Shown piece by piece: positions 38,574 through 48,507 of a stretch of 64,000 bases of DNA. Source of the DNA: Acetomicrobium hydrogeniformans (GTDB lineage: Bacteria; Synergistota; Synergistia; Synergistales; JAFGMB01). The notes below the pieces were generated by a model that saw only the letters and a list, made by a program, of their open reading frames with translations, did no database searches and was not told the DNA's origin. A program made the translations under genes and the position numbers. Numbering within the stretch: the stretch's first letter is position 1; every line of letters begins with the position of its first letter. The stretch lies in NCBI GenBank assembly GCA_016841745.1, contig JAENYO010000007.1, positions 9,408-73,407 of the forward strand, written 5' to 3'.

Positions 38574-38923
38574 TTACTCTCTAGCTGGAGGTAGTGTTTG
38601 TCCCGAAAAAATATTTTTTCTTGTTAGTGCAGTCTTTGAACATGAAAAATAAGGTTTTTTTACTTCCCTATTCAGAATTTCCCCGATTTCATACTGTTCA
38701 GTGTGAAATTATACTGAAAGTCCATCACCTTTTCCCTGAATTCGAAAATGCCTTTCTCGAAGCAGGATCTGGTTATATCCTGCTTCGAGGTTAGAGTACT
38801 TTTCTTTCTTATGAATCAGTGCTACATGGAAGTCTTTTCCTATTACAAAATATTTCCAGGAGGACTACTGTTCTGAAAAATATGATCGGCGAGAGATTCT
38901 TTTTGAGGGAGGAGTTGAACAGA

Positions 38924-39088
38924 ATGGAAAAGATAAGAGATTTGCTAAGGCAGAAAAGATTTCTGGAAGCTTCGGAAAAGGCACTGGAAATGAACAGTTC
39001 CGAATGGGAAGCCATGTATATTAAGGTGCTGGTAGAACTGAACAGGGAAGAGAAAAGAACGAGTGAACTCTCTCTCAGGAGTTTCTAG
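38924..39088 (+). CDS. small hypothetical protein (54 aa)
   Basis: ATG 38924 lies 9 nt after GAGGGAGGAG and is followed by a terminator at 39121-39151. No homology recognised. Confidence 0.3.
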   Translation: MEKIRDLLRQKRFLEASEKALEMNSSEWEAMYIKVLVELNREEKRTSELSLRSF

Positions 39089-39120
39089 TCTTTACGTCTT
39101 ATGCAATTTTATTACGATTG

Positions 39121-39151
39121 AAAGGGAGGGGCTTTGTTCCCTCCCTTTTTT
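39121..39151 (+). terminator. rho-independent terminator
   Basis: aaagggaggg / ccctcccttt hairpin followed by a T-run. Confidence 0.6.
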
Positions 39152-39301
39152 ATGGATCAATGGCGGATAAAATTCAGCATCTTACGTGAAAAAGGCCTAT
39201 CTTTTCCTCCTTTGTCCTATTGTATTTATATACTGCCCCGTGAGTATCAAAAAGAGGTATATCAGGCATTTCTTTCTTTTAAAACAACCTGCCAGCATTC
39301 T

Positions 39302-39625
39302 TTAAAGTTCAGGGACATGTTTTTCCATGATCTGTTCTCCTCCGGAATAGACAGGCATAAAATCAGTAATTCTAGCTATTCCGGATCCTGTTCGGAAAGT
39401 TGTTGTAAGGATGTTGGTCTGAGGTATATATTTAGAATATGAGTCCCAGTCTTCAAAGGGATGGAGAGAGAATGATCCCCCTTTCCGGTCATCCAGGATC
39501 GCCCCGAAAACACTTGGAGAATCGATGAAAGTTAGACAGAGCCAGTCAATAGACCCATCGGAATCAATAAGGGCTACTGTATGAAGATCTACTATAACGC
39601 CGTAATTCGATATTGGTTTATACAT
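39302..39625 (-). pseudogene. N-terminal fragment of a GH15 glucoamylase/trehalase-like gene
   Basis: 107-aa ORF. YGVIVDLHTVALIDSDGSIDWLCLTFIDSPSVFGAILD..GGSF matches the conserved GH15 N-domain start. Full-length enzymes are ~600 aa, and no GH15-like continuation appears in any frame downstream. Confidence 0.55.
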
Positions 39626-39837
39626 TTTATTTCTCCCTGTTTCATGCGGAGAGCATCTTGCTCTGCCTGTTCGCTATAACACTTTGATAAACAGTTCTTT
39701 ATTGTTTCGTGTTAAAAGAGTAGAATTAATTATGGATTACCCGGGAAGAATATTTCCAGATTCTTTGCTGATTTCTTTTTGGGGGGACCGGGTATTTTCA
39801 TAGAAAATGCCTGGTATTACTGAGAGGAGTGATATGT

Positions 39838-40893
39838 ATGTTGCGATTCAGGAAGAGCGTTTCTATGGTAGGTCTCGTGGTGTTTCTGGTTGCGATCTCT
39901 GCAGTGGCGGTGTGGGCTGCTCCGATGGAACTCAAGATGTCCTACAATGGTCCTGCCGATGCCGAGAACAACGCTGTACACCTTTTTGCGAGCAATTTTA
40001 AGAAATTTGTGGAAGAAGGTACAGGCGGTGAAGTGGATATAAAACTTTTCCCTGACAGTCAGTTGGGCAACGAAGAAGAGAGAATGGAATTGCTCATGGA
40101 GTCGGGAATGAACCAGCCTATCATAAATGTTGCTTCCTATGGTGGGATAGCTCCTGTCTTTCCCGAGATGTATGCTACGAACGTGCCTTTCCTGTTCAAC
40201 AGCTACAAGGCTGCCCATATTTTCTTTGACGAGAGTGCCTTTATGGTAAAGGCACAGGATGAATTCCACAAAAGAACAGGTGCCTATCTTCTGGAGGTTA
40301 TTGAAGAAGGAGGATTCCTTGCCTTTACAAATTCGAAGAAAGAAATAAAATCACCTGCTGATTTTAAAGGGTTGAAATTCAGAGGGATGGCAGAAGATCA
40401 AGTAGCCCTGTATAAAGCATTTGGAGCCAGTGGTACCCCCATTCCCTGGACAGAACTTTACATGGCTTTGAAAACGGGAGTTGTTGATGGACAGATGAAC
40501 CCGGCCATGTACATCAAGATGGGAAGTCTTTTTGAAGTTCAGAAATTTCTCACCCTTGCCAATATCCAGTATTCAGACCAGTTCCTGGTTATAAATGGCG
40601 CTGTTCTGGATTCACTGACCGATTCCCAGAAAAAGGTTGTTAAGGACGCCTCGAGAAAGGCCAATGCCATAAACAGGACTACCATGGAAAGCCAGGATTC
40701 TAAAGACATCCAGTTCCTTGTGGATAACGGAATGTTGGCATATTCTCCGAATGAAGAGGAAATGAATGCCTTCAGAGAACAGGGTCAACCTGCCTATCTT
40801 GAGTGGCTGAAGGATAAAGTAGGCGAGGATTGGGTTGAACTCTCCCTGGAATGTGCGGTCACCGCAAACAAAAAGGCAGGAGAAGGCAAATAG
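39838..40893 (+). CDS. dctP: TRAP transporter substrate-binding protein (DctP family)
   Basis: Signal peptide and typical DctP-family layout. I chose the start at ATG 39838, 9 nt after GAGGAG. Confidence 0.85.
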   Translation: MLRFRKSVSMVGLVVFLVAISAVAVWAAPMELKMSYNGPADAENNAVHLFASNFKKFVEEGTGGEVDIKLFPDSQLGNEEERMELLMESGMNQPIINVASYGGIAPVFPEMYATNVPFLFNSYKAAHIFFDESAFMVKAQDEFHKRTGAYLLEVIEEGGFLAFTNSKKEIKSPADFKGLKFRGMAEDQVALYKAFGASGTPIPWTELYMALKTGVVDGQMNPAMYIKMGSLFEVQKFLTLANIQYSDQFLVINGAVLDSLTDSQKKVVKDASRKANAINRTTMESQDSKDIQFLVDNGMLAYSPNEEEMNAFREQGQPAYLEWLKDKVGEDWVELSLECAVTANKKAGEGK

Positions 40894-40898
40894 CCGGT

Positions 40899-41390
40899 AT
40901 GGGTAAAAAGACTGCTGTCGATCTCTGGATCACAAGACTGGAACGCCTCAGCGCCTGGAGCGCTGGGGCGCTCCTTGTTATCAATGTGGGAGACATTCTG
41001 CTGGGCATCTTCTGCCGCTATGTGCTGAAAAGTTCCATTATCTGGACGGAGGAGGTTGCACGGTTTTCCCTGGTATGGCTTGTACTTATGGCTGCGGGAG
41101 GCGCCTATTATCATGGTGATCACATGGTAATTGATTTTGTTGTTCCGAGACTTCCCCGGTTTTTACAGAAAATAATAGATTATTTCAAACTGGCCCTCTC
41201 TATCTTTATCCTGGGGCTTATGATCTGGCTTGGTCTGATGAATGCAGTTAAGATCTGGCACATGAAGACCATGGCTCTTGGTATCCCAAAGACCATACCC
41301 CTCATGTCTGTTCCAGCAGGTCTTGCCCTTCTCCTTGCAATCTTCCTTCTTCTGCAATTCAGATCACGGAAAGCGGGGATATCAGAATAA
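40899..41390 (+). CDS. dctQ: TRAP transporter small permease (DctQ family)
   Basis: 4-TM protein of ~163 aa with the W(T/S)EE motif (IIWTEEVARF). I chose the start at ATG 40899. Confidence 0.8.
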   Translation: MGKKTAVDLWITRLERLSAWSAGALLVINVGDILLGIFCRYVLKSSIIWTEEVARFSLVWLVLMAAGGAYYHGDHMVIDFVVPRLPRFLQKIIDYFKLALSIFILGLMIWLGLMNAVKIWHMKTMALGIPKTIPLMSVPAGLALLLAIFLLLQFRSRKAGISE

Positions 41391-42679
41391 TGGCTCTTCT
41401 AATGCTGGTCCTATTCTTTATGCTTATGGTAGCAGGAGTACCCCTTTATCTTTCCCTTCTTTCAGCAGCTTTTGCAGGTATTGCCTATCTCGGAGACTGG
41501 TCTCTTTTGCGGATAATGTCTCAGCAGTTTTACGGAGGAATGGATATTTTCTCGCTTATGGCCATACCCTTCTTCATACTTGCGGGTATCCTGATGAACA
41601 GGTCCGGCCTTACTGACCGGCTCCTCGATTTCAGCCGGCTTCTTGTGGGTTCAGTCCGTGGAGGGCTGGGTTACGTTAATGTGGTTGGCGGAATTATCCT
41701 TGCAGGAGTTAACGGATCTGCTGCGGCTGATGCTTCTGCCCTGGGATCAATATTGATCCCTGCTATGGTTAAGGATGGATTTTCTCCTGCGTATTCAGCG
41801 GGTCTTACTGCCAGCAGTTCTCTTATTGGACCGATCATTCCTCCCAGTATTTTCATGATCATCTATGCGACTATGACGAATACGTCCATAGGGGGTCTGT
41901 TTGCTGCAGGTATGCTTCCCGGACTGGTTCTTGGACTTGCCTTCATGGGCATGAACTGGTATTACTCCCGGAAATATGAAGTGCCCATCTCAGATTTTGG
42001 CGAAGTCCGTAAACAGGCAAAACAGATCCTTCTCCGCTCTACGGCTGCGTTGATCGCACCAGTGATAATAATTGGCGGTATTGTTACGGGGATAGTAACT
42101 CCCACCGAGTCAGGTGCCCTTGGAGTTGCATATTGTCTTGTTGCCGGTTTTTTCTATACAAAAAAACTGGATCTTGGAAATCTTGGTTATTCGATCTATG
42201 AAACTGTACGACTTACAAGTTCCATATTTCTTATTATGGGAGCAGCTACTGTAATAGGGTGGTTACTCAAATGGGAACAGATACCCCAGAAGTTTGCTTC
42301 CATTATTGTAAATTCGGGTCTTATTCATAACCCATGGTTATTGATGATAGTCCTGAGTGCAGTTATCTTCCCGGTGGGAATGTTCATGGAGGAAGTGTCT
42401 ACCCTTACTCTTCTTACTCCCATATTTGCTCCACTTGCTGTTAAAGCAGGTATTGATCCCCTGCATTTTGGTATCGTTATGACCTTGAATGTCACGATTG
42501 CTCTTATCACACCTCCAATGGGTGCGTGTAATTATATCGTTGCTGCAGTTGGCAGAGTAAAGCTTGGTGATGTCTTTAAAGTGATATGGCCCTTTATCGG
42601 AGTAGCAATGTTCGTCCTGCTGGTGATAATAACTTTTCCCGCGATAACGACCATTATTCCGAAATTGCTAAATCTCTGA
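41390..42679 (+). CDS. dctM: TRAP transporter large permease (DctM family)
   Basis: 429-aa polytopic protein. Its start overlaps the dctQ stop. Confidence 0.9.
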   Translation: MALLMLVLFFMLMVAGVPLYLSLLSAAFAGIAYLGDWSLLRIMSQQFYGGMDIFSLMAIPFFILAGILMNRSGLTDRLLDFSRLLVGSVRGGLGYVNVVGGIILAGVNGSAAADASALGSILIPAMVKDGFSPAYSAGLTASSSLIGPIIPPSIFMIIYATMTNTSIGGLFAAGMLPGLVLGLAFMGMNWYYSRKYEVPISDFGEVRKQAKQILLRSTAALIAPVIIIGGIVTGIVTPTESGALGVAYCLVAGFFYTKKLDLGNLGYSIYETVRLTSSIFLIMGAATVIGWLLKWEQIPQKFASIIVNSGLIHNPWLLMIVLSAVIFPVGMFMEEVSTLTLLTPIFAPLAVKAGIDPLHFGIVMTLNVTIALITPPMGACNYIVAAVGRVKLGDVFKVIWPFIGVAMFVLLVIITFPAITTIIPKLLNL

Positions 42680-42682
42680 AGA

Positions 42683-43465
42683 ATGAAAGAAGGTGTAACC
42701 GTGGAGAAGGTGAAGCATTTGTTCTCACGTCCCATTCCCCAAATGGCAGGATGGAATTGGGATGCCGCTCGCCGTATCCCTATTGAGGACAATGGAGAGG
42801 ATCTGGTCCCGGTAAGTTTATTACCGGAAAAGATCCTTGTCAGGAGTGAGTATTTTATTCAGGGTCTTCGTGGAGCGATGCCGGAGTGTTTTCTTCGCAG
42901 AGGTGCGTTTCTGAAGCTGGCGGAGGCATCGGAAAAACTGCCCTCAGGCTACAGGTTTGTTATATTTGATGGATGGAGATCCCCATATCTCCAGAAAAAT
43001 CTTTTCCATATCCTGAAAGAAGAGATCGCAGGGGCTTACCCGGATCTTTCTGAAGAGGATCTCAAATCGAGGGTATGTCAGTATGTTGCTCTGCCTTCGG
43101 TATGTTCGGATAGTCCATCTCCCCATATAACTGGAGGAGCTGTAGACCTTAGTATTGTCAATGAGCAGGGTCTGCTGCTCAATATGGGATCCGGGTTTGA
43201 CGATACTTCAATTCTTTCCGAAACATGTTACTTTGAGAAGCTTGCCGGGAAAAGCAGAGAACTGTCTCGGGAAGAAAATGAAATTATCCGGAACAGGCGT
43301 TTTCTTTTCAACCTTATGACAGATGTTGGATTTACTAACTATTCCGACGAATGGTGGCATTATGACTACGGTAATCAGAACTGGGCCTGGGCAATAGATA
43401 TGGACTCACCCGCTATGTACGGAAAGATCTATCCTGAAATGAGATGGAAAGGAGATTTTCAATAG
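42683..43465 (+). CDS. ddpX: D-alanyl-D-alanine dipeptidase (VanX/DdpX, M15D family)
   Basis: Motifs FDGWRS, SPHITGGAVDL (SxHxxGxAxD) and EWWHYDYG are present. The start is 4 nt after the dctM stop. Confidence 0.8.
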   Translation: MKEGVTVEKVKHLFSRPIPQMAGWNWDAARRIPIEDNGEDLVPVSLLPEKILVRSEYFIQGLRGAMPECFLRRGAFLKLAEASEKLPSGYRFVIFDGWRSPYLQKNLFHILKEEIAGAYPDLSEEDLKSRVCQYVALPSVCSDSPSPHITGGAVDLSIVNEQGLLLNMGSGFDDTSILSETCYFEKLAGKSRELSREENEIIRNRRFLFNLMTDVGFTNYSDEWWHYDYGNQNWAWAIDMDSPAMYGKIYPEMRWKGDFQ

Positions 43466-43648
43466 TATAATCCACCAAGGTCCGATTTTTAAGGAGAAAG
43501 GATGACTGAAAGATCATCCTTTCTCCTTTCTTGAAGCCTGTTATAATAGTCCGAGTAGTTGCTTCCCGAAAGAGTTTCTTAAAGACAGAATCTATTGTTT
43601 TCTGCGATTAGTTATCCTCCCGATGGAAGGTTCAGGTGAAAGACTATT

Positions 43649-44608
43649 TTGAAAAAAATCGGTGTGCTCTACGGCGGAGAAGGCTTCGAGAAAGAAGTTT
43701 CTCTTAAAAGCGGAGGATCTGTTATCAGCGGCCTTTCCCAGGCCGGTTTTGATGTCCGCCCCTTCCTGATAAGTAAACCGGCAGAATTGATCAAATTGTC
43801 AGATGATGAAAAGCCTGATCTTTTCTTTATCGCCCTTCATGGGAGCTGGGGAGAGAACGGTCAGATCCAGGCTCTTCTTGATCTTATGAATATACCCTAT
43901 ACAGGGCCCGGTTATGAAGCCTGTGCTCTTTCCATGGATAAATGGGTTAGTAAAAGCATCTTCAGGATAAGTGGAGTGCCCGTTCCGGATGGATGTATCA
44001 TTCCTGCAAATGCTTACTCCAGAGAAAATCCCCTTCCTTCTGGTCTTTGTCCGTCGCCTTTTTCAGGAAAGGTCGTAGTCAAGCCAAACTCATGTGGAAG
44101 TACAGTGGGTGTAAGCATACTGGATCATGGAGAAGAGATGATCGAAGCGGTTAATTTTGCTTCCAGGTTTTCCAGGAATGTTCTTGTGGAAGAGTATATA
44201 GCCGGAAGGGAACTTGCAATAACGGTAATAGAAAGAAGAGGGAATATCGAGGTCCTTCCTGTTGTTGAAATTGTTCCCAAAGCAGATTTTTACACCTACG
44301 AGGCGAAATATAGCAGTGGGAAAAGTGAATATCTTGTTCCAGCCCCCCTGGAAGAAGGGGAGCTTCAGTCTGTAATCGAGGCAGCAAGGAACGCTTTTCT
44401 TGCCCTTGGGTGCAGGGTATATGCCAGAATAGATATTCGACTTCCCCACAGTGGAGAACCCAGGGTCCTTGAAGTGAACACAGTACCGGGAATGACTTCA
44501 ACCAGCCTTGTACCAAAAGCTGCAAGGGCCGCGGGATCAGGCTTCCCGGATTTTCTAAGGTCCCTGGTGGAGGAATCTTTTTTTCTCCGAAAACCTTATA
44601 TGTACTGA
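43649..44608 (+). CDS. ddl: D-alanine--D-alanine ligase
   Basis: 319 aa with an ATP-grasp layout. It has IGVLYGGEGFEKEVSL, ALHGSWGENGQIQ and EVNTVPGMT motifs. TTG start. Confidence 0.9.
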   Translation: MKKIGVLYGGEGFEKEVSLKSGGSVISGLSQAGFDVRPFLISKPAELIKLSDDEKPDLFFIALHGSWGENGQIQALLDLMNIPYTGPGYEACALSMDKWVSKSIFRISGVPVPDGCIIPANAYSRENPLPSGLCPSPFSGKVVVKPNSCGSTVGVSILDHGEEMIEAVNFASRFSRNVLVEEYIAGRELAITVIERRGNIEVLPVVEIVPKADFYTYEAKYSSGKSEYLVPAPLEEGELQSVIEAARNAFLALGCRVYARIDIRLPHSGEPRVLEVNTVPGMTSTSLVPKAARAAGSGFPDFLRSLVEESFFLRKPYMY

Positions 44609-44624
44609 TCCTGCTGATGTGAAT

Positions 44625-45329
44625 TTATTTGAGAAAGTACAGGGCCAGGATGAAAGATACAACCAGAGCTGGAAGCATGTTCATTATTCTCAGTTTTTTA
44701 ATCTCCAGGATATTCAGGGCAATACCTATCAGGATTATCCCCCCGACACCGCTTATCTCGCTTATTACGGCCTCTGAAAGTATGTCCTTTAAATAGAATG
44801 CAAAGAACGTTATGCATCCCTGGTATATCAGAAGGGGCAGGGCAGCCAGTATTACCCCCCCCCCGAGGGAAGACGCCAGGGTTAAAGATGCAATCCCATC
44901 GAGGAGAGATTTGGCTATCAGAAGGTTCGGAATACCTCCCAGACCTTCTTCGATGGCTCCAAGGACCCCTAGAGATCCGGTGCAATACAAGAGAGAAGCA
45001 GTAATAAAACCCTCTCTGAATTTAGTTTTTTCTTTAACAGGATCTGCATTTTTCAATGAAAGCCCGGTAATTCTTTCATCTATTTTTAATGTTTCCCCTA
45101 TAATAGAACCAGCAACAATGCTGAATACCATGATAAGCATGTTATTGCTTGACAGGGCCATTGAAATACCTGCTGCAAGGGTGAATAATCCCAAGGCCTG
45201 AAAGCATATGGTGTTAAACCTTTCGGATAATCGTGAGTTAATGGCCAGTCCGAACAAGCCTCCCAAGGTAGCCGCAGCCGTGTCCAGAAGGGTCCCGAAG
45301 GCCGGGATATGTAAAAGATAGTCGTGCAA
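44625..45329 (-). CDS. DUF554 (YdfK/YqgA-like) membrane protein
   Basis: The sequence parallels B. subtilis YdfK as I recall it (GTLLDT..., SLLDGIASLTLASSLG, LIYQG). I chose the start at TTG 45329, 8 nt after GGAGG; the ORF track extends it to 45413. Confidence 0.7.
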   Translation of the reverse strand: MHDYLLHIPAFGTLLDTAAATLGGLFGLAINSRLSERFNTICFQALGLFTLAAGISMALSSNNMLIMVFSIVAGSIIGETLKIDERITGLSLKNADPVKEKTKFREGFITASLLYCTGSLGVLGAIEEGLGGIPNLLIAKSLLDGIASLTLASSLGGGVILAALPLLIYQGCITFFAFYLKDILSEAVISEISGVGGIILIGIALNILEIKKLRIMNMLPALVVSFILALYFLK

Positions 45330-45565
45330 ATTTTCTTCCTCCTGTGTTATCTCAATGGAAATGATCGTTTTCAATTTGTCGAGGAAACAGTCTAGCACAG
45401 ATCCTGATCCCATACAATCTCCTTGGTTAGTCAGACACCATTATGACATGATATACTACAGAAGTGGAGGCAGGATCATCCTTCCAGATATGCTTTTCAA
45501 ATCCTGCTAGATGCACCGAGGCTATTGTTAACCTGGAGAAGGGGGGGAGGAAATTGAAACATTAC

Positions 45566-45922
45566 ATGAAGGTGGAATGTCCAATTTGCGGAAAGATAAC
45601 TTATGGAAGGGAACAGGGACAATTTCACCAGGGATGCGACCATTTTGAAAGGGTTGATGTGAAAGAGTCTGTGGTTCTCTTTGTGAATGATTTCGGAGAA
45701 GAATTGCCGGTAGATCTCAGCGCGGTCGGAGATAGATGTCTATCCTTCAACTGTCCTATCTGTAATGAACAGCTGGATGCCTGTATCCGGGAAGCTGCAA
45801 AGGAATACAAGATAGAGGGCAAGTGTCCCCATTTCGAGGAACTTAAAACAGATGAGCAGGGGGTTATGCTCGCCTATTTTATTGATGATGAACAGAATCA
45901 GAGGTCCATTAAACTGGTCTAG
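45566..45922 (+). CDS. small zinc-ribbon-like hypothetical protein
   Basis: Two CPIC...C..H-type clusters (VECPICGK...GCDHFE and FNCPICNE...GKCPHFE). It is followed by a terminator hairpin at ~45961-45990. The start is uncertain. Confidence 0.4.
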   Translation: MKVECPICGKITYGREQGQFHQGCDHFERVDVKESVVLFVNDFGEELPVDLSAVGDRCLSFNCPICNEQLDACIREAAKEYKIEGKCPHFEELKTDEQGVMLAYFIDDEQNQRSIKLV

Positions 45923-46101
45923 TTCAAAGTGCTATTCCAGCTGAGGTTTTAAGTGATGTAGAAAAGAGGGTCCAGGGACCCTCTTTTCCTTGTGTAGTGA
46001 GGGTAAAATAATGCAGTACATGTTACCATTAAAAAATATATCTCTGTTTATGCTTTTCATCGGCAACTCTCTCTATTTTTCGAAAGGGGCGTATTGAAGG
46101 A

Positions 46102-47682
46102 ATGAAAAAGATCCTTACGTTACTGGCAGTTCTTGCACTTTTATGTACTGGAGCTTTTTACATGTTGTTCAAGCCCGTACCCGTTACACTTGTTACGGAA
46201 GATTTCATTCCTTCGAGGGTAGAGGGAGATAATACTTTTCTGCTGTTAAAGATAGCTGACTCAGGAGCTTTTACCGGTCCTTTAGTCCATGTTACAGACT
46301 ATTTCGCAGAGAAAATGTCGAAGACTGCAAATACTACATCTTCAGAAACAGTTCGGGATCTGCGATTCCTGAGAGACTGTATAAAAGAATATTCTCCTGC
46401 TTTTGGTGAATCCAGGGTCTTTTTTTCAGCCAGACCGGGAGGTCAGATGCCGGAAATCAGTCTTTACGGAGTCTGCGCAATAAGGGAGAAGGAACCAGAA
46501 TCTATCTTGAATTCTCTTTTTGATCAGATATCCTCGAAGACTGATGATCTTTCAGTAATTCCATATAGCGCGGACCTGGGCGAGGATGTGCTCCCCCTCT
46601 ATCAGATCTTTGATACAACTACTGGAATGACCTTATCTATAGCTCTTTTCGGGACAGACCCGGTATTTCTTCTTTTTTCTTCTGGAACTGAAGGGCTCCG
46701 AGATATGATCGCAGCAGCTGCTGACCCTTCTGGGAAATTGGAGATTCAAGAAAAACTGACGGAAATGAACAGTATTTACCTATCCCTGGATACTTCGATG
46801 TTCAAAGTATTGCTAGAATCAGAAGGTGTGCATTTTTTTTCTGAAAAGCCAGTTATTTTAGAGGTCTCTTTCCAGAAGGATAATGAAGGATGGATGATCA
46901 GATCACATTCAAATGTTGCTGAAATATTTATGTCTGAAGAACAACGTGAGTCCTACCAACCTCTCAAGGGCATTCCAGAATTTCCGGGAGGAGGGCAGGT
47001 TATAGGTTTTATCCATGGGAGGACTTCCGGTCTTGACGCTTCAAGGATAGAAAACATGCTGAATGATCCCAAGGCTTCAGAAGCAAGGCTTGGGATGGAA
47101 TATTTTGAGAAACTCTACGGTATAACCCTGGAGGATATCGTTGATCTCTTTGGAGGCACTCTTTCTCTGGTCCTTGGGGGAAGGTCCTTCAGTCCTTTAG
47201 GTGAAATCCCAGGGTTTTATGTCATGTTTCAGCCTGAAAAGGAGGGTATTGCCGAAAAATTCATGTCAATTGTCCCTTTGCTTAATTTACCCTTGCCTGT
47301 AAATCAGATCGAAATTCCAGAATGGGAGAGGGTTTATGGAATTGATTCTGTAATGCGCTTTACCCTTGCCAGCAGGAATAAACAGCTTCTGGCAGGAGTC
47401 CTTGATCCTCAGCAGCTCTCTGTAGTTTTGGAGATTCCTGAAAATCTGAGTAGATTTGTGAAGGGAGATAGTTACGGTATATTAGCCCTTTCTGTTGGAA
47501 GGCTTGAAGAAGAGCTTGTGGAACTATCAAAAAGAATGGGACCCATAATGCAGAATGATACGATCGACAACGACATTAAAAAGTTTCGGGAGGTCCTTGG
47601 ACATGTGGATTCCTTTATTGCCAGGGGAGAATCCCTTTATGATTCTTTTCTTAAGATCCTTATAAATCAGGAAAGGGAGTAG
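46102..47682 (+). CDS. exported/anchored hypothetical protein (526 aa)
   Basis: N-terminal signal or anchor MKKILTLLAVLALLCTGAF. No family recognised. Confidence 0.5.
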   Translation: MKKILTLLAVLALLCTGAFYMLFKPVPVTLVTEDFIPSRVEGDNTFLLLKIADSGAFTGPLVHVTDYFAEKMSKTANTTSSETVRDLRFLRDCIKEYSPAFGESRVFFSARPGGQMPEISLYGVCAIREKEPESILNSLFDQISSKTDDLSVIPYSADLGEDVLPLYQIFDTTTGMTLSIALFGTDPVFLLFSSGTEGLRDMIAAAADPSGKLEIQEKLTEMNSIYLSLDTSMFKVLLESEGVHFFSEKPVILEVSFQKDNEGWMIRSHSNVAEIFMSEEQRESYQPLKGIPEFPGGGQVIGFIHGRTSGLDASRIENMLNDPKASEARLGMEYFEKLYGITLEDIVDLFGGTLSLVLGGRSFSPLGEIPGFYVMFQPEKEGIAEKFMSIVPLLNLPLPVNQIEIPEWERVYGIDSVMRFTLASRNKQLLAGVLDPQQLSVVLEIPENLSRFVKGDSYGILALSVGRLEEELVELSKRMGPIMQNDTIDNDIKKFREVLGHVDSFIARGESLYDSFLKILINQERE

Positions 47683-47784
47683 CTAGGGTCAAAATAGGAC
47701 GGTTATGCATGAAACAGTCTCTTCAGAGTCTTTATATAATATCTCTGGTAAAATTAGTCCCGGTAATAAGAACTATCACATATT

Positions 47785-48291
47785 ATGGAGGTGCCTTTTT
47801 TGGTTCTGATACTTAAATGTCTTTTCCCCATGCTTCTATGGGCCTGGATCCTGTCGAGTTCTTATCCCCGATATGTCGTACCGCGGGTGCAGTCTGTTCA
47901 TGATATTGCTGAAAGCCTTGAAAAAAGACATGCTGAAGGGGATTTACAGGGACCTCTTCCTGGGATAGCCGCAGGTTCCCTGAGGGTGGTGCTTTCCCTG
48001 TCACAGATTTATGTTCTTGGGATATGGTCCGGTTACTGTGTTTTAAGGGTTATCCGATATACTCATCTCCCCGGGGCAGAGCATAAATGGATCATTCATG
48101 TGCTCGCATTTTTTATTTGTGAAGGTGCATTAGGGGTGATTGCTCATCGGGAAACATACAGGGGTATTCTTTCCATCCTGCATTCAGCCATGGCAATGGG
48201 AATGTTCGTAATGTTTTCTCTCAATCCATATATGATGGCACCGGTTTATCCATGGCTTATAAGAACGATGGGGATCCAGGGATTGTTGTGA
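47785..48291 (+). CDS. hypothetical membrane protein (168 aa)
   Basis: Four or more hydrophobic segments. No family recognised. Confidence 0.4.
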   Translation: MEVPFLVLILKCLFPMLLWAWILSSSYPRYVVPRVQSVHDIAESLEKRHAEGDLQGPLPGIAAGSLRVVLSLSQIYVLGIWSGYCVLRVIRYTHLPGAEHKWIIHVLAFFICEGALGVIAHRETYRGILSILHSAMAMGMFVMFSLNPYMMAPVYPWLIRTMGIQGLL

Positions 48292-48507
48292 TACAAAGGG
48301 TATGATCGATCTATTTATTATTGTTTCCCATAAGCACATAAAAACTTATACAGTTGACTTTGATCTGACCTTTATCTATTACAAAGCCCTTGTCCGGATC
48401 TTATATTACGCTGTATGAAGAAGAATTGCCGATCATTCCCCTATGCTGTCGGCTACATAAAAACGGATAGCCTTTTTGTAGATTTGTAATCTGAATTCTT
48501 CCGGGGA

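Noticed and set aside
38594-38794. 66-aa ORF after the NarL-type regulator, possibly joined to 38819..39088, which is in the same frame
   Set aside because: The separating stop is TAG, not TGA, so Sec read-through does not apply. There is no RBS at 38594. I retained only the distal 54-codon ORF with a strong RBS, at low confidence.
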